A DNA stretch of 64,000 nucleotides from an uncultured bacterium (GTDB lineage Bacteria > Verrucomicrobiota > Verrucomicrobiia > Verrucomicrobiales > DEV007), in assembly GCA_963977015.1 (NCBI GenBank), contig CAXBMO010000016.1, positions 32,001 to 96,000 of the forward strand. Reading direction: 5' to 3'. Position numbers and translations under genes: made by a program. The notes under the pieces are model-generated. The model was not told the DNA's origin. It ran no database searches and worked only from the letters and a program-made list of their open reading frames with translations. Positions 30,354 through 38,682 of this stretch are shown piece by piece. Position 1 is the first letter of the stretch. Each line of letters starts with the position of its first letter.

Positions 30354-30623
30354 TCCCGCGCGGGTATCGACGCGGTCCGGGCTGTGCTCGTAGCGTGCCG
30401 CGCCGCAGAGCTGATCGGCCTCCAAGTCGAGCAGGGCGTTGAGGGTGTCCTCCACGCTCTTGCGCACCATCTCATCGAGGTGGCCGCGAATCTCGCCTTC
30501 GTTGATTTCAACGATTTTGCCCGCGATCCGGGCTTCTCTTTCGGTTTTTGGTTCGGTTGTCATTTTGGGTCTGTTAGTTCAGAACACCAAAAAGTAAATG
30601 TGCGAAAGAAATCCTACGTTATC
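30354..30623 (-). mobile_element. Truncated IS256-family element (transposase N-terminus plus putative terminal repeat)
   Basis: ATG 30563: VEDTLNALLDLEADQLCGAARYE...DTRAG, then abrupt loss of similarity. IS256-like end sequence aaatgtgcgaaagaaatcctacgttatc at 30596-30623. Confidence 0.8.
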
Positions 30624-30727
30624 CAATGCCGATAGCAATGAGGGTCGTTCGTTTCGTGGTTCTGCGCTTCTTTCATAGTGGTGTTTCGGGCGTCAGGTTT
30701 TCTCACGTTCTAGCCGTCGATCTCCAC

Positions 30728-30894
30728 GAGCTCGGTCACAAAGCCGAGGTCAACAAGGTTCACGTCAACGACCTCCACGCCACGATTCTGCATCAGCTAG
30801 GGCTCGATCACGAGAAACTGACCTACACCTACGCCGGTCGGAGGTTTCGGCTGGCCGATGTTGGGGGGCATGTGATCCGCGTATTGTCAGCTAG
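30728..30894 (+). pseudogene. Orphan 3' tail of a DUF1501 gene (copy 1)
   Basis: [47 protein letters not shown], a typical DUF1501 C-terminus; the rest of the gene is absent. Confidence 0.85.
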
Positions 30895-30969
30895 CCTAGG
30901 AGCAATATCTCGATCCCGATCGCCCACCAAATGAAGTGGCCGGAGAAGTGTAACCATTTCCTACGAACT

Positions 30970-31767
30970 TCAATACTTTGACTTGAATTTACCAGAGTAG
31001 CGCGCAGCTACAACAATAAACAGAACAATGAGTAACGCACCTCCGAAAAATACAATCAGTCCGGTCGTGCCACCTTCATCTCCCTCATTCCCAACAGTTA
31101 CGCCCGGTGATAATGCTTCACCTTGATCCACCCTAACAGCCGGAAGTTGATCACTCTCTTTTCCCGCGCCAACAACGCTTCCATCCTGTCCAATACTTTC
31201 AGGCAATGGCCTCCCGCTATTTTGGCGAGCCAAAACCACGTTTCTTACCAAATCACCCCTCTTGGCCTTTAAAAAGAGCAGTTCGTAGTCTGTCCCAACC
31301 GCGACTTCAAGAACATCGTCCAACAACTGCTGCACTCTTGAGGATTTGTAGTTGAAGGCAACAAAACCGTCTTTTTCGCCTTGGCCAATCACTGCGCGAA
31401 AAACAACCTCCGGAGCAAGGTCTCCCTGCTTAACAAACTGTATCGCCGCTTCCAAGACTTCTAGGTATTCCTCAGAAGAAAGGGCTTCGCAAACACGGAG
31501 GATAACAAGCTGCTCCTTAGGTGTGGGTGCTACTTCTGAAAGGTGTGTGTCGAAGATACCTCGCCAACTGTCTGCAATATTTTCAAGTATTGCTAACTCA
31601 TCGTGATTTGGATTGCGTCGAACAAAACCGTCACTTCGATCAGTGATAACTACAGCTCCATTTTCACTAACTGATGCCTTGCTGAGAATACTTTGAACGT
31701 TCTGTATATCAGACGAAACAAGAATTGTGACTGCTATTGAAAATAGTGATATTGCGATTGGATTCAT
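30970..31767 (-). CDS. Exported helical protein with C-terminal membrane anchor; candidate immunity protein
   Basis: N-terminal hydrophobic leader, C-terminal TM helix with basic tail, ATGA overlap with the upstream gene, AT-richer than the flanks. Confidence 0.7.
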   Translation of the reverse strand: MNPIAISLFSIAVTILVSSDIQNVQSILSKASVSENGAVVITDRSDGFVRRNPNHDELAILENIADSWRGIFDTHLSEVAPTPKEQLVILRVCEALSSEEYLEVLEAAIQFVKQGDLAPEVVFRAVIGQGEKDGFVAFNYKSSRVQQLLDDVLEVAVGTDYELLFLKAKRGDLVRNVVLARQNSGRPLPESIGQDGSVVGAGKESDQLPAVRVDQGEALSPGVTVGNEGDEGGTTGLIVFFGGALLIVLFIVVAARYSGKFKSKY

Positions 31768-34256
31768 TCTTTGAAGCGCCCAAAATGTGAAGGTTGATAA
31801 TTCATATCGATACTTAGGTGTACAGATTTATTTACGTCTATTGACCCCGCACCGATCCAACTGCCATCGTAGTCAAGGATACCCATATGGCCTTGGCCTC
31901 CTACAATACCGATTGAGATCGTTCCGATACCTTCGGTCCAAGTTACAATATCGCCGGGCTGGGGGGTTGTGTTGTTACTCAACCATTGCCAACCTTCGAT
32001 CAAGTAGATGGAACTCCACCAATCAACCGCCCCGGGCGGAACTTCACGCGGCGTAAAATCCACATCCGGCCAACCTAACGGTGCACCGGTTGTTGTCCCT
32101 ACATCGGAGGTTGAAAAATCAAAATCGTTCCATGTCTTTGTCGGTATTGTAGCATCAACCGAATTTGCCCTTTCAAAAACAAACAAATTACACTTATAGC
32201 TACCTATGAAATCAAGAGTTGGATCCACTCCATATCCCGGCTTGAAAGCCGACGACTTGGCGTATTCGGTACTCCCAAGCTTCGAAACGGCTGCATTACG
32301 GATTTCAAGTTGTTTTTGGGTTTCTACCACACCAAAAAAATCTAGTTCCCCTTTTCTGAGGTTCTCGCTGTAAAGCCCTCCTGAATTCTCACCGTGCGGT
32401 GCGTCAATTGAACGGACAAAGTTTACAGCCGTTTCTCCAGTTGTCGTATCAACTATAACCCTTGTCTGAAAAATCCCTGTTTCGGTAGCGAAATGTAAAT
32501 ATTTCTGACCTCGTGCATGAGTACCTAAAGAGGCCCAGGGTGTGAACCCACCGTCTCCTTGAAGTTGGCGTGCCTGCCAAAAAATAAAATGTGAAGGGAT
32601 TTCATCATATTCGATTCCTTCCAGCGTAAAATCTATCATTTCCATTTGTTTCACAACTAGACCGTTTTCAGGGGGAGCCGAGTCGTTGTGGCGTTTGATT
32701 TCTATCCTTAGTTCCAACAACGTCCACTCCACAAACACATCCTGATAATACCATTGCCCATCTTGAATTCCACCGAGATGACGGGGGTCAGGATTAATCA
32801 ACAAGGGCTCCGAGACCACCGCTCCGGCCGGGACAATCAATTTTTCGATCCTTGTGATCGGTTCATCCTGCCCCCAATAAACTCTCTCCTTGACCAGAAC
32901 CAACTGAGAGAAGTCTTCCTCCATGGGTTCAGCCAATCGCAAACGCACTCGTTGGGAGGTGCTAAACCACGAAGAGGGTCCATGACCGTCGTCAACTTCA
33001 AACCCACTTGAGGAATGGGCGGTTCCTTGATCCGCTGGAGTCCAGTCCGTGATGATTTGCCTTCCGTTCTCCTCCAGGTAAATCTCGTCGTACTCCAACC
33101 ACCAGGGACCGTATAAATAGGCCTCCGGCCCTGGATCAACCGGTTGAAATCCATCTCCACCCGATCCCGATCCTGAATCTGATCCATCACCGGAATCCGT
33201 CGAACTTCCATCGGGTCCGCCCTCATCGGAAGGTGAGGGATCAGGCGACGTGCCTGGGCCACCACCCAGAGAATTCTCTTCCGACGAAGCTGGGTCCGTC
33301 GAATCAGGCCCCTCCTCGGGGCCATCAGATTCCTCCGAACTCGGCGGATCGTCAGGATTCCTTGGGTCCGTGCCAAACACGAAAACTTCATCTCCATCAA
33401 AATGACCATCTCCATCGGTATCGGCGAGATGATCCCAAGTCTGGTGAACGATTTCCTGAGCCAACGTCAACCCGTCAGAATCGATATCGCTTTCCCCATC
33501 CTGCGGCAAAAGCGGGTGATAGGGATATTGAGCTTCCAGTTGATCATTGAGGCCGTCTCCATCCGTATCGGCCAACCAAGGATCGGTGTAGACAAAAATG
33601 GGATCGACGGCACCTCCAAAATTCACTCCTGGTTTGCGAGCCTGTTCGCTGACCGGGTCGATCGCGTAGGTCCAATAGCCGTCCAGTTCCAGGAGATCGG
33701 GAATTCCATCTCCATCAGAATCCTCCAGGTCATGGTAATCGGCCGGATACGAGTCAGGATTGAGAAAGGAAAGATCCGGCCAGTTGGAATTTTCCCATTC
33801 ATTACCATCCGGATCGGTAGGATTGGCGACTGTTTCCTCTCCCTCCGTTTCGGGCGAGTAGTCTTCGTACGAACCTGAATCTTCCGGGTAAGTCTCACCC
33901 TCGTAATACCCTTCGCTATCCGAGTAGCCTTCTGATCCATCGTCAATTCCTTCCGATCCGTCGTAGTAGCTGTCAGTATCGGTTTCTTCACCGTAGGAAT
34001 CCCAGCCATAGTCGGTATCAGGATCTTCGTAGTATTCAGAATCCGTCGATGAATCGTAAGCGTAAGGGTCGTAACCTTCTCCGTAATATTCGTCCCAATA
34101 ATCGTCTTCGTAGTAGTCGTAAGAACCGTCGTCCTGCGCCTGAAGCAGGACCATGGTGAAAACCCCAAGGACAACTACCATCCCGACCTGAGGGCCTCTT
34201 GTTCGAAAACGTTGCAGCAACAAATTCCTGACTCTACGCATATCTACCTTGATCAC
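31764..34256 (-). CDS. Large secreted acidic protein with DxDxDG (TSP3-like Ca-binding) repeats and C-terminal NlpC/P60-CHAP-like domain; candidate toxin
   Basis: Signal peptide; DSDGDG, DTDGDG x2 and DIDSDG repeats; YKCNLFV...PQPGDIV...GHMGI. The start may be ATG 34241. Confidence 0.78.
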   Translation of the reverse strand: MIKVDMRRVRNLLLQRFRTRGPQVGMVVVLGVFTMVLLQAQDDGSYDYYEDDYWDEYYGEGYDPYAYDSSTDSEYYEDPDTDYGWDSYGEETDTDSYYDGSEGIDDGSEGYSDSEGYYEGETYPEDSGSYEDYSPETEGEETVANPTDPDGNEWENSNWPDLSFLNPDSYPADYHDLEDSDGDGIPDLLELDGYWTYAIDPVSEQARKPGVNFGGAVDPIFVYTDPWLADTDGDGLNDQLEAQYPYHPLLPQDGESDIDSDGLTLAQEIVHQTWDHLADTDGDGHFDGDEVFVFGTDPRNPDDPPSSEESDGPEEGPDSTDPASSEENSLGGGPGTSPDPSPSDEGGPDGSSTDSGDGSDSGSGSGGDGFQPVDPGPEAYLYGPWWLEYDEIYLEENGRQIITDWTPADQGTAHSSSGFEVDDGHGPSSWFSTSQRVRLRLAEPMEEDFSQLVLVKERVYWGQDEPITRIEKLIVPAGAVVSEPLLINPDPRHLGGIQDGQWYYQDVFVEWTLLELRIEIKRHNDSAPPENGLVVKQMEMIDFTLEGIEYDEIPSHFIFWQARQLQGDGGFTPWASLGTHARGQKYLHFATETGIFQTRVIVDTTTGETAVNFVRSIDAPHGENSGGLYSENLRKGELDFFGVVETQKQLEIRNAAVSKLGSTEYAKSSAFKPGYGVDPTLDFIGSYKCNLFVFERANSVDATIPTKTWNDFDFSTSDVGTTTGAPLGWPDVDFTPREVPPGAVDWWSSIYLIEGWQWLSNNTTPQPGDIVTWTEGIGTISIGIVGGQGHMGILDYDGSWIGAGSIDVNKSVHLSIDMNYQPSHFGRFKE

Positions 34257-34347
34257 GGGTTAGACCAAAGATCCTGGCAACCTTCAATCTTCACACCAGT
34301 TGTAGGAGAATCGTCAGGAAGGTGACAAGATTTTTCTCTCGTTGAAC

Positions 34348-34461
34348 ACCATTCAACATGAGTTAGGGCTCGATCACGAAAAGCTGACCTCCACCTACGC
34401 CGGGCGTCGATTTCGGCTGACCGACGTTGCGAGCCATGGCATTCATGACATCATCAGCTGA
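34348..34461 (+). pseudogene. Orphan 3' tail of a DUF1501 gene (copy 2)
   Basis: Manual translation [37 protein letters not shown]; aligns with 30782-30894. Confidence 0.85.
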
Positions 34462-34518
34462 TCGCCCCTGCTTCCTGCTTCTCCCTTTACCCCAGAGGCG
34501 CATTTGCTCGGTTCGCAT

Positions 34519-34655
34519 TTACCGCGACTGGAAAATGTCGCTGCTGAGACACTCCACGATGAGCGTCCGGAGGCCACGGTCGCGGACCGTCTCGTAGATT
34601 TCGTCGATCTCGAAGTCGTCGACCGGCTCCATGTGACGCCCGGTCGAGTAGCTGA
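34519..34655 (-). pseudogene. Orphan 3' tail of a DUF1585-domain (DUF1592 family) gene
   Basis: YSTGRHMEPVDDFEIDEI...GLRTLIVECLSSDIFQSR* resembles the DUF1585 C-terminus; no upstream gene body. Confidence 0.65.
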
Positions 34656-34783
34656 TTCGCAACCATCGGGAAGAATGACTCTCTCGGTCCCTTTTCAAGA
34701 ACCGTTCGTCATGCGGTATTTTTACCAAAACATGCGGCCTCCTTCATTGCGTGCTGTTTGTTCTTCGAGCATGCTTTCATGCC

Positions 34784-36172
34784 ATGTTCGACTTTCTCGC
34801 TGAAACCCCTGGAGATCATGCTCGGCTCTGCGCTGGAAAGAACCGGCGCGAATTTCTCCAAATTGGCGCGCTTGGCGCCGCCGGACTTTCGCTCCCCCAA
34901 TATCTTGCGGCGAAGCAGAATGGCGCGGTCAAACCCGGTCATGATAACCGTTCGTGCATCATGATCTTCAACCTCGGGGGCCCCAGCCACATCGATCTGT
35001 GGGACATGAAACCCGATGCCCCGAGCGAAATTCGCGGACCCTTCAAGCCCATTCGTACCAACTCACCCGAGATCGACATTTCGGAGATTCTCCCGATGCA
35101 CGCCAAGGTCGCGGACAAGTTTTCGCTGGTGCGCAGTTGTCATCATGGCGGCGCAGCGGTGCATGACGCCGGTTGGCAGATCATGCAGACCGGGCGACGT
35201 TTCACCGGAGGCATTTCGACACCGCACGCCGGAGCGGTGACGAGCTATTTGAAGGGACGAAAAAGCGATCTGCCGCCCTTCGTCGTCCTGCCGGAATTGA
35301 TGGGACGGGGTGGCGGAAATCTACCGAACGGACAGGCCGGCGGATTCCTGGGGAAAGCCCACGATCCCTTTGCGCTGATGGCCGATCCCTCGGTGAAAGA
35401 TTTTGAGGTGCCGGATCTGCTTCCCCCGGATCAGATCGGCGCGGCCCGGCTCGACCGTCGTCGCAAGATGCGCGACATCGTCGAAGAGAGCGTGAAGAAT
35501 TTCGAAGCGAGCGAGGATGCGCGTCTGCTCGACGAAAACTTCCAGGCAGCCTTTCGCATGATGACGAGCGAGCAGGCCCGCAGCGCGTTCGACCTTTCCC
35601 AGGAACCTGAGAAAGTCCGGGAGCGCTATGGGATGAACCGGGTCGGTCAGTGCTTCCTGCTTGCACGCCGCCTCGTGGAGAACGGAGTTCGCTTCGTCAC
35701 CGTGAACACCTTCCTCACGGTGTTCAACGAACTAAGCTGGGACATTCACGGCTCCAAACCCTTCATCAGCGTGAAGCAGATGAAGGAGCAGGTCGCCCCG
35801 ATGTATGACCAGGCCTACTCGGCGTTGCTCGAAGATCTCTTTGATCGTGGATTGTTGGATGACACGCTGGTGACGACGCTCGCGGAATTCGGTCGGACGC
35901 CCAAAGTCAACCCGGCCGGCGGTCGCGATCACTGGCCGCAGTGTTTCACCGTTTCGTTCGCCGGTGGCGGCGTTCAAGGTGGTCAGGTCGTCGGCGCAAG
36001 CGATCCCATTGGCGGTTTCCCTGCCGAGCGGCCCGTCGATCCTGCCGAAGTGGTGGCCACGATTTTCCACAGCCTCGGACTCGACCCGGAAGGCCACCTT
36101 CCCGGCCCTGCCGGACGCCCGTTCCCCCTGGTCGATTTCGGAAACGAGCCCATTCGCGAATTGTTCGGCTGA
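34784..36172 (+). CDS. DUF1501 family protein
   Basis: NRREFL Tat motif; GGPSHIDLWD, ARRLVE.GVRFV, WDIH, EFGRTP and GRDHW. Confidence 0.92.
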   Translation: MFDFLAETPGDHARLCAGKNRREFLQIGALGAAGLSLPQYLAAKQNGAVKPGHDNRSCIMIFNLGGPSHIDLWDMKPDAPSEIRGPFKPIRTNSPEIDISEILPMHAKVADKFSLVRSCHHGGAAVHDAGWQIMQTGRRFTGGISTPHAGAVTSYLKGRKSDLPPFVVLPELMGRGGGNLPNGQAGGFLGKAHDPFALMADPSVKDFEVPDLLPPDQIGAARLDRRRKMRDIVEESVKNFEASEDARLLDENFQAAFRMMTSEQARSAFDLSQEPEKVRERYGMNRVGQCFLLARRLVENGVRFVTVNTFLTVFNELSWDIHGSKPFISVKQMKEQVAPMYDQAYSALLEDLFDRGLLDDTLVTTLAEFGRTPKVNPAGGRDHWPQCFTVSFAGGGVQGGQVVGASDPIGGFPAERPVDPAEVVATIFHSLGLDPEGHLPGPAGRPFPLVDFGNEPIRELFG

Positions 36173-36191
36173 CCAAACCTGGAATCCCATC

Positions 36192-38669
36192 ATGAAACCC
36201 CACTGCGCAATCTGGATTGCAGCCTTCGCCTTCGTCAAATTCGCGACGGCCCAAGAACTGGCGATCCTCCCCTCCACCATCAACCTGAGCGGACCGGAGT
36301 CCACGCAACGTCTGATCATCGCGCTCCAACTCGGCGAGGGGGAATATTCGCAAGGGCTCGACGGGGTCGCCCTCGCTTCCGACAATCCCAAGGTCGCGCA
36401 GTTCGAGAATGGCGCCGTTATTCCCAAGTCGAACGGAACCGCGACCATCGTTGCGACAACAACCGACGGAAAAACCGCGAAAGCCGTCGTCACCGTGAGG
36501 GACTTTGGCCAAGAAACCGAGTGGAGTTTCCGCAACCACGTTCAACCGGTCCTCGCCAAGCAGGGCTGCAACATGGGGGCGTGTCACGGCGCACTGGCGG
36601 GCAAAGGCGGCTTCCGGCTGAGCCTGCGAGGTTATGATCCCGAGGCGGACCACCACACCATCACGCGGGAAGCTCGCGGCCGGCGGATTGAGTTGAATGA
36701 TCCCGGTCGCAGCCTGCTTCTCACCAAGGCAACCACGGCGCTGAAGCACACCGGCGGCAGGCAGATTGTCGTCGGCTCCCGAGACTACGAAGTCCTTTCC
36801 CGTTGGATTGCGGAAGGAGCGAAGCCACCTCAGGCGAGGGATCCACGCCTGACCCATCTGGAGATCTTCCCTCCCCTCTCGATTCTCAAACCGGGCGACA
36901 AGCAACGCATCGTCGTTCGTGCCACCTACTCGGATGGACGCGAGGAAGATGTGACACACTGGGCAAAGTTCACGTCGTCCAATGAAGCGGTCGCACTCGT
37001 CGATGAAGATGGCTCCATTTCCGTGATCGGGCCTGGCGAGGGAGCTGTGACCGCCTGGTTTTCGAGCCAGATTGTGACCGCCCGAATCTCAGCTCCGTTT
37101 CCTCACCAGATTCCAGCCCAGGTTTATGCCCGGGAGTCTCGAAACAATTTCATCGACGCCCATGTTCTCGACCAACTCGAACGGCTCAACCTGAAGCCCT
37201 CACCTCGTTCCACCGATTCCGAATTCATTCGCCGCGTCCATCTGGACACGATCGGTCTTCTCCCGACTCCAGCCGAAACCCGGGCGTTCCTCGCGGATTC
37301 GAATCCGAAGAAGCGCGAGCGCCTCATCGATGCCCTGCTCAGGCGCGAGGAATACGTCGATTACTGGGCCTACCGTTGGTCCGACATGCTGCTGGTGAAC
37401 GGGAGAAAACTGCGCCCGGAAGCGGTCAAAGCCTACTACTCCTGGATTCGCAGCTCCGTGGAGAAGAACCTGCCGTGGGATGAAATGGCCCGCCAAATCG
37501 TCACCGCCACCGGAAGCAGCGTGGAGAACGGCGCGACGAACTTTTTCGCGGTTCATCAGGATCCGGAAAACATGGCGGAGAACGTGAGTCAGGCATTTCT
37601 CAGCTTATCGATCAACTGCGCCAAGTGCCATAACCATCCTCTTGAGAAGTGGACCAATGATCAATACTATCAATTCGCAAATCTCTTCTCCCGCGTCCGG
37701 GCGAAAGGTTGGGGAGGCGATGCCCGCAATGGCAATGGAATCCGGACCCTCTACGTTGAGCCGCGTGGCGAATTGATTCAGCCGCGCACCGGTCAACCTC
37801 AGATTCCGGCTCCGCTCGACGCCGAGCCGATCGATCCGGATGACACCCGCGATCGTCGAGAAGTTCTCGCCGCGTGGCTGACTTCGCCGGACAACAATCT
37901 TTTCAGCCGCTCGATTACGAATCGCGTTTGGGCGAACTTTTTCGGCATCGGCCTGGTTGATCCGGTGGACGACCTGCGAGCTTCCAATCCGGCCAGCAAC
38001 GAACCCGTGCTCCACGACCTGGCCAACTACCTCGTCCAGCAAAACTTCGACCTGAAAGCCGTGATGCGCCTCATCCTGCAAAGCGAGACCTATCAGCGCA
38101 GCAGCGTTCCGTTGGCGGAAAACAAGGACGAACATCGCTACTTTTCGCGCTATTATCCGCGCCGTCTCATGGCGGAGGTGCTCCACGATGCCGTCGCCGG
38201 AATCACCGAGGTTCCAACCGCGTTCAACCAGATCACCCTCAGCGATGGCAGCGTTCAGAAGACAGAGTTTTACGACAAAGGAACGCGGGCGATCCAGCTT
38301 TTCGATTCCGCCGTCGCGTCCTACTTCCTGAAAACGTTTGGTCGCAACGATCGCGAGATCAGCTGCGAATGCGAACGCTCGAACCAACCCAGTCTCGTTC
38401 AGGTTTTGCACGTTTCGAACGGGTCGACACTCAACGACAAATTGAAGGCACCGGAAAGCATCGTGACCAGCCTCACCAAAGACCATTCGGACGATCGCAA
38501 GATCGTGGAGCAAGCCTACCTGCTCTGCCTTTCCCGGGTTCCAACCGAACGCGAAGCCTCCAGCTTTGCTGAAATACTGGCGAGCACGCCTCCCGCCGAA
38601 AAACGCATCGCGGTGGAAGACCTGTTCTGGTCACTCATGAGCTCACGGGAGTTCCTCTTCCAACACTAA
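36192..38669 (+). CDS. DUF1549/DUF1553 protein with Ig-like (Big_2) domains
   Basis: Signal peptide; GCNMGACHG, FIRRVHLD..G..PT, CAKCHNHP, NRVWANFFG.GLV.PVDD and SREFLFQH. Confidence 0.9.
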   Translation: MKPHCAIWIAAFAFVKFATAQELAILPSTINLSGPESTQRLIIALQLGEGEYSQGLDGVALASDNPKVAQFENGAVIPKSNGTATIVATTTDGKTAKAVVTVRDFGQETEWSFRNHVQPVLAKQGCNMGACHGALAGKGGFRLSLRGYDPEADHHTITREARGRRIELNDPGRSLLLTKATTALKHTGGRQIVVGSRDYEVLSRWIAEGAKPPQARDPRLTHLEIFPPLSILKPGDKQRIVVRATYSDGREEDVTHWAKFTSSNEAVALVDEDGSISVIGPGEGAVTAWFSSQIVTARISAPFPHQIPAQVYARESRNNFIDAHVLDQLERLNLKPSPRSTDSEFIRRVHLDTIGLLPTPAETRAFLADSNPKKRERLIDALLRREEYVDYWAYRWSDMLLVNGRKLRPEAVKAYYSWIRSSVEKNLPWDEMARQIVTATGSSVENGATNFFAVHQDPENMAENVSQAFLSLSINCAKCHNHPLEKWTNDQYYQFANLFSRVRAKGWGGDARNGNGIRTLYVEPRGELIQPRTGQPQIPAPLDAEPIDPDDTRDRREVLAAWLTSPDNNLFSRSITNRVWANFFGIGLVDPVDDLRASNPASNEPVLHDLANYLVQQNFDLKAVMRLILQSETYQRSSVPLAENKDEHRYFSRYYPRRLMAEVLHDAVAGITEVPTAFNQITLSDGSVQKTEFYDKGTRAIQLFDSAVASYFLKTFGRNDREISCECERSNQPSLVQVLHVSNGSTLNDKLKAPESIVTSLTKDHSDDRKIVEQAYLLCLSRVPTEREASSFAEILASTPPAEKRIAVEDLFWSLMSSREFLFQH

Positions 38670-38682
38670 CCTGCTTCCCACC

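Noticed and set aside
29219-30511. Single 430-aa gene
   Set aside because: It is a chimera of off-frame IS256 DNA, a pectate lyase relic and the AraC PAS domain.
30626-30934. Intact 102-aa gene
   Set aside because: Only the central part matches a DUF1501 C-terminus, so it is treated as a fragment.
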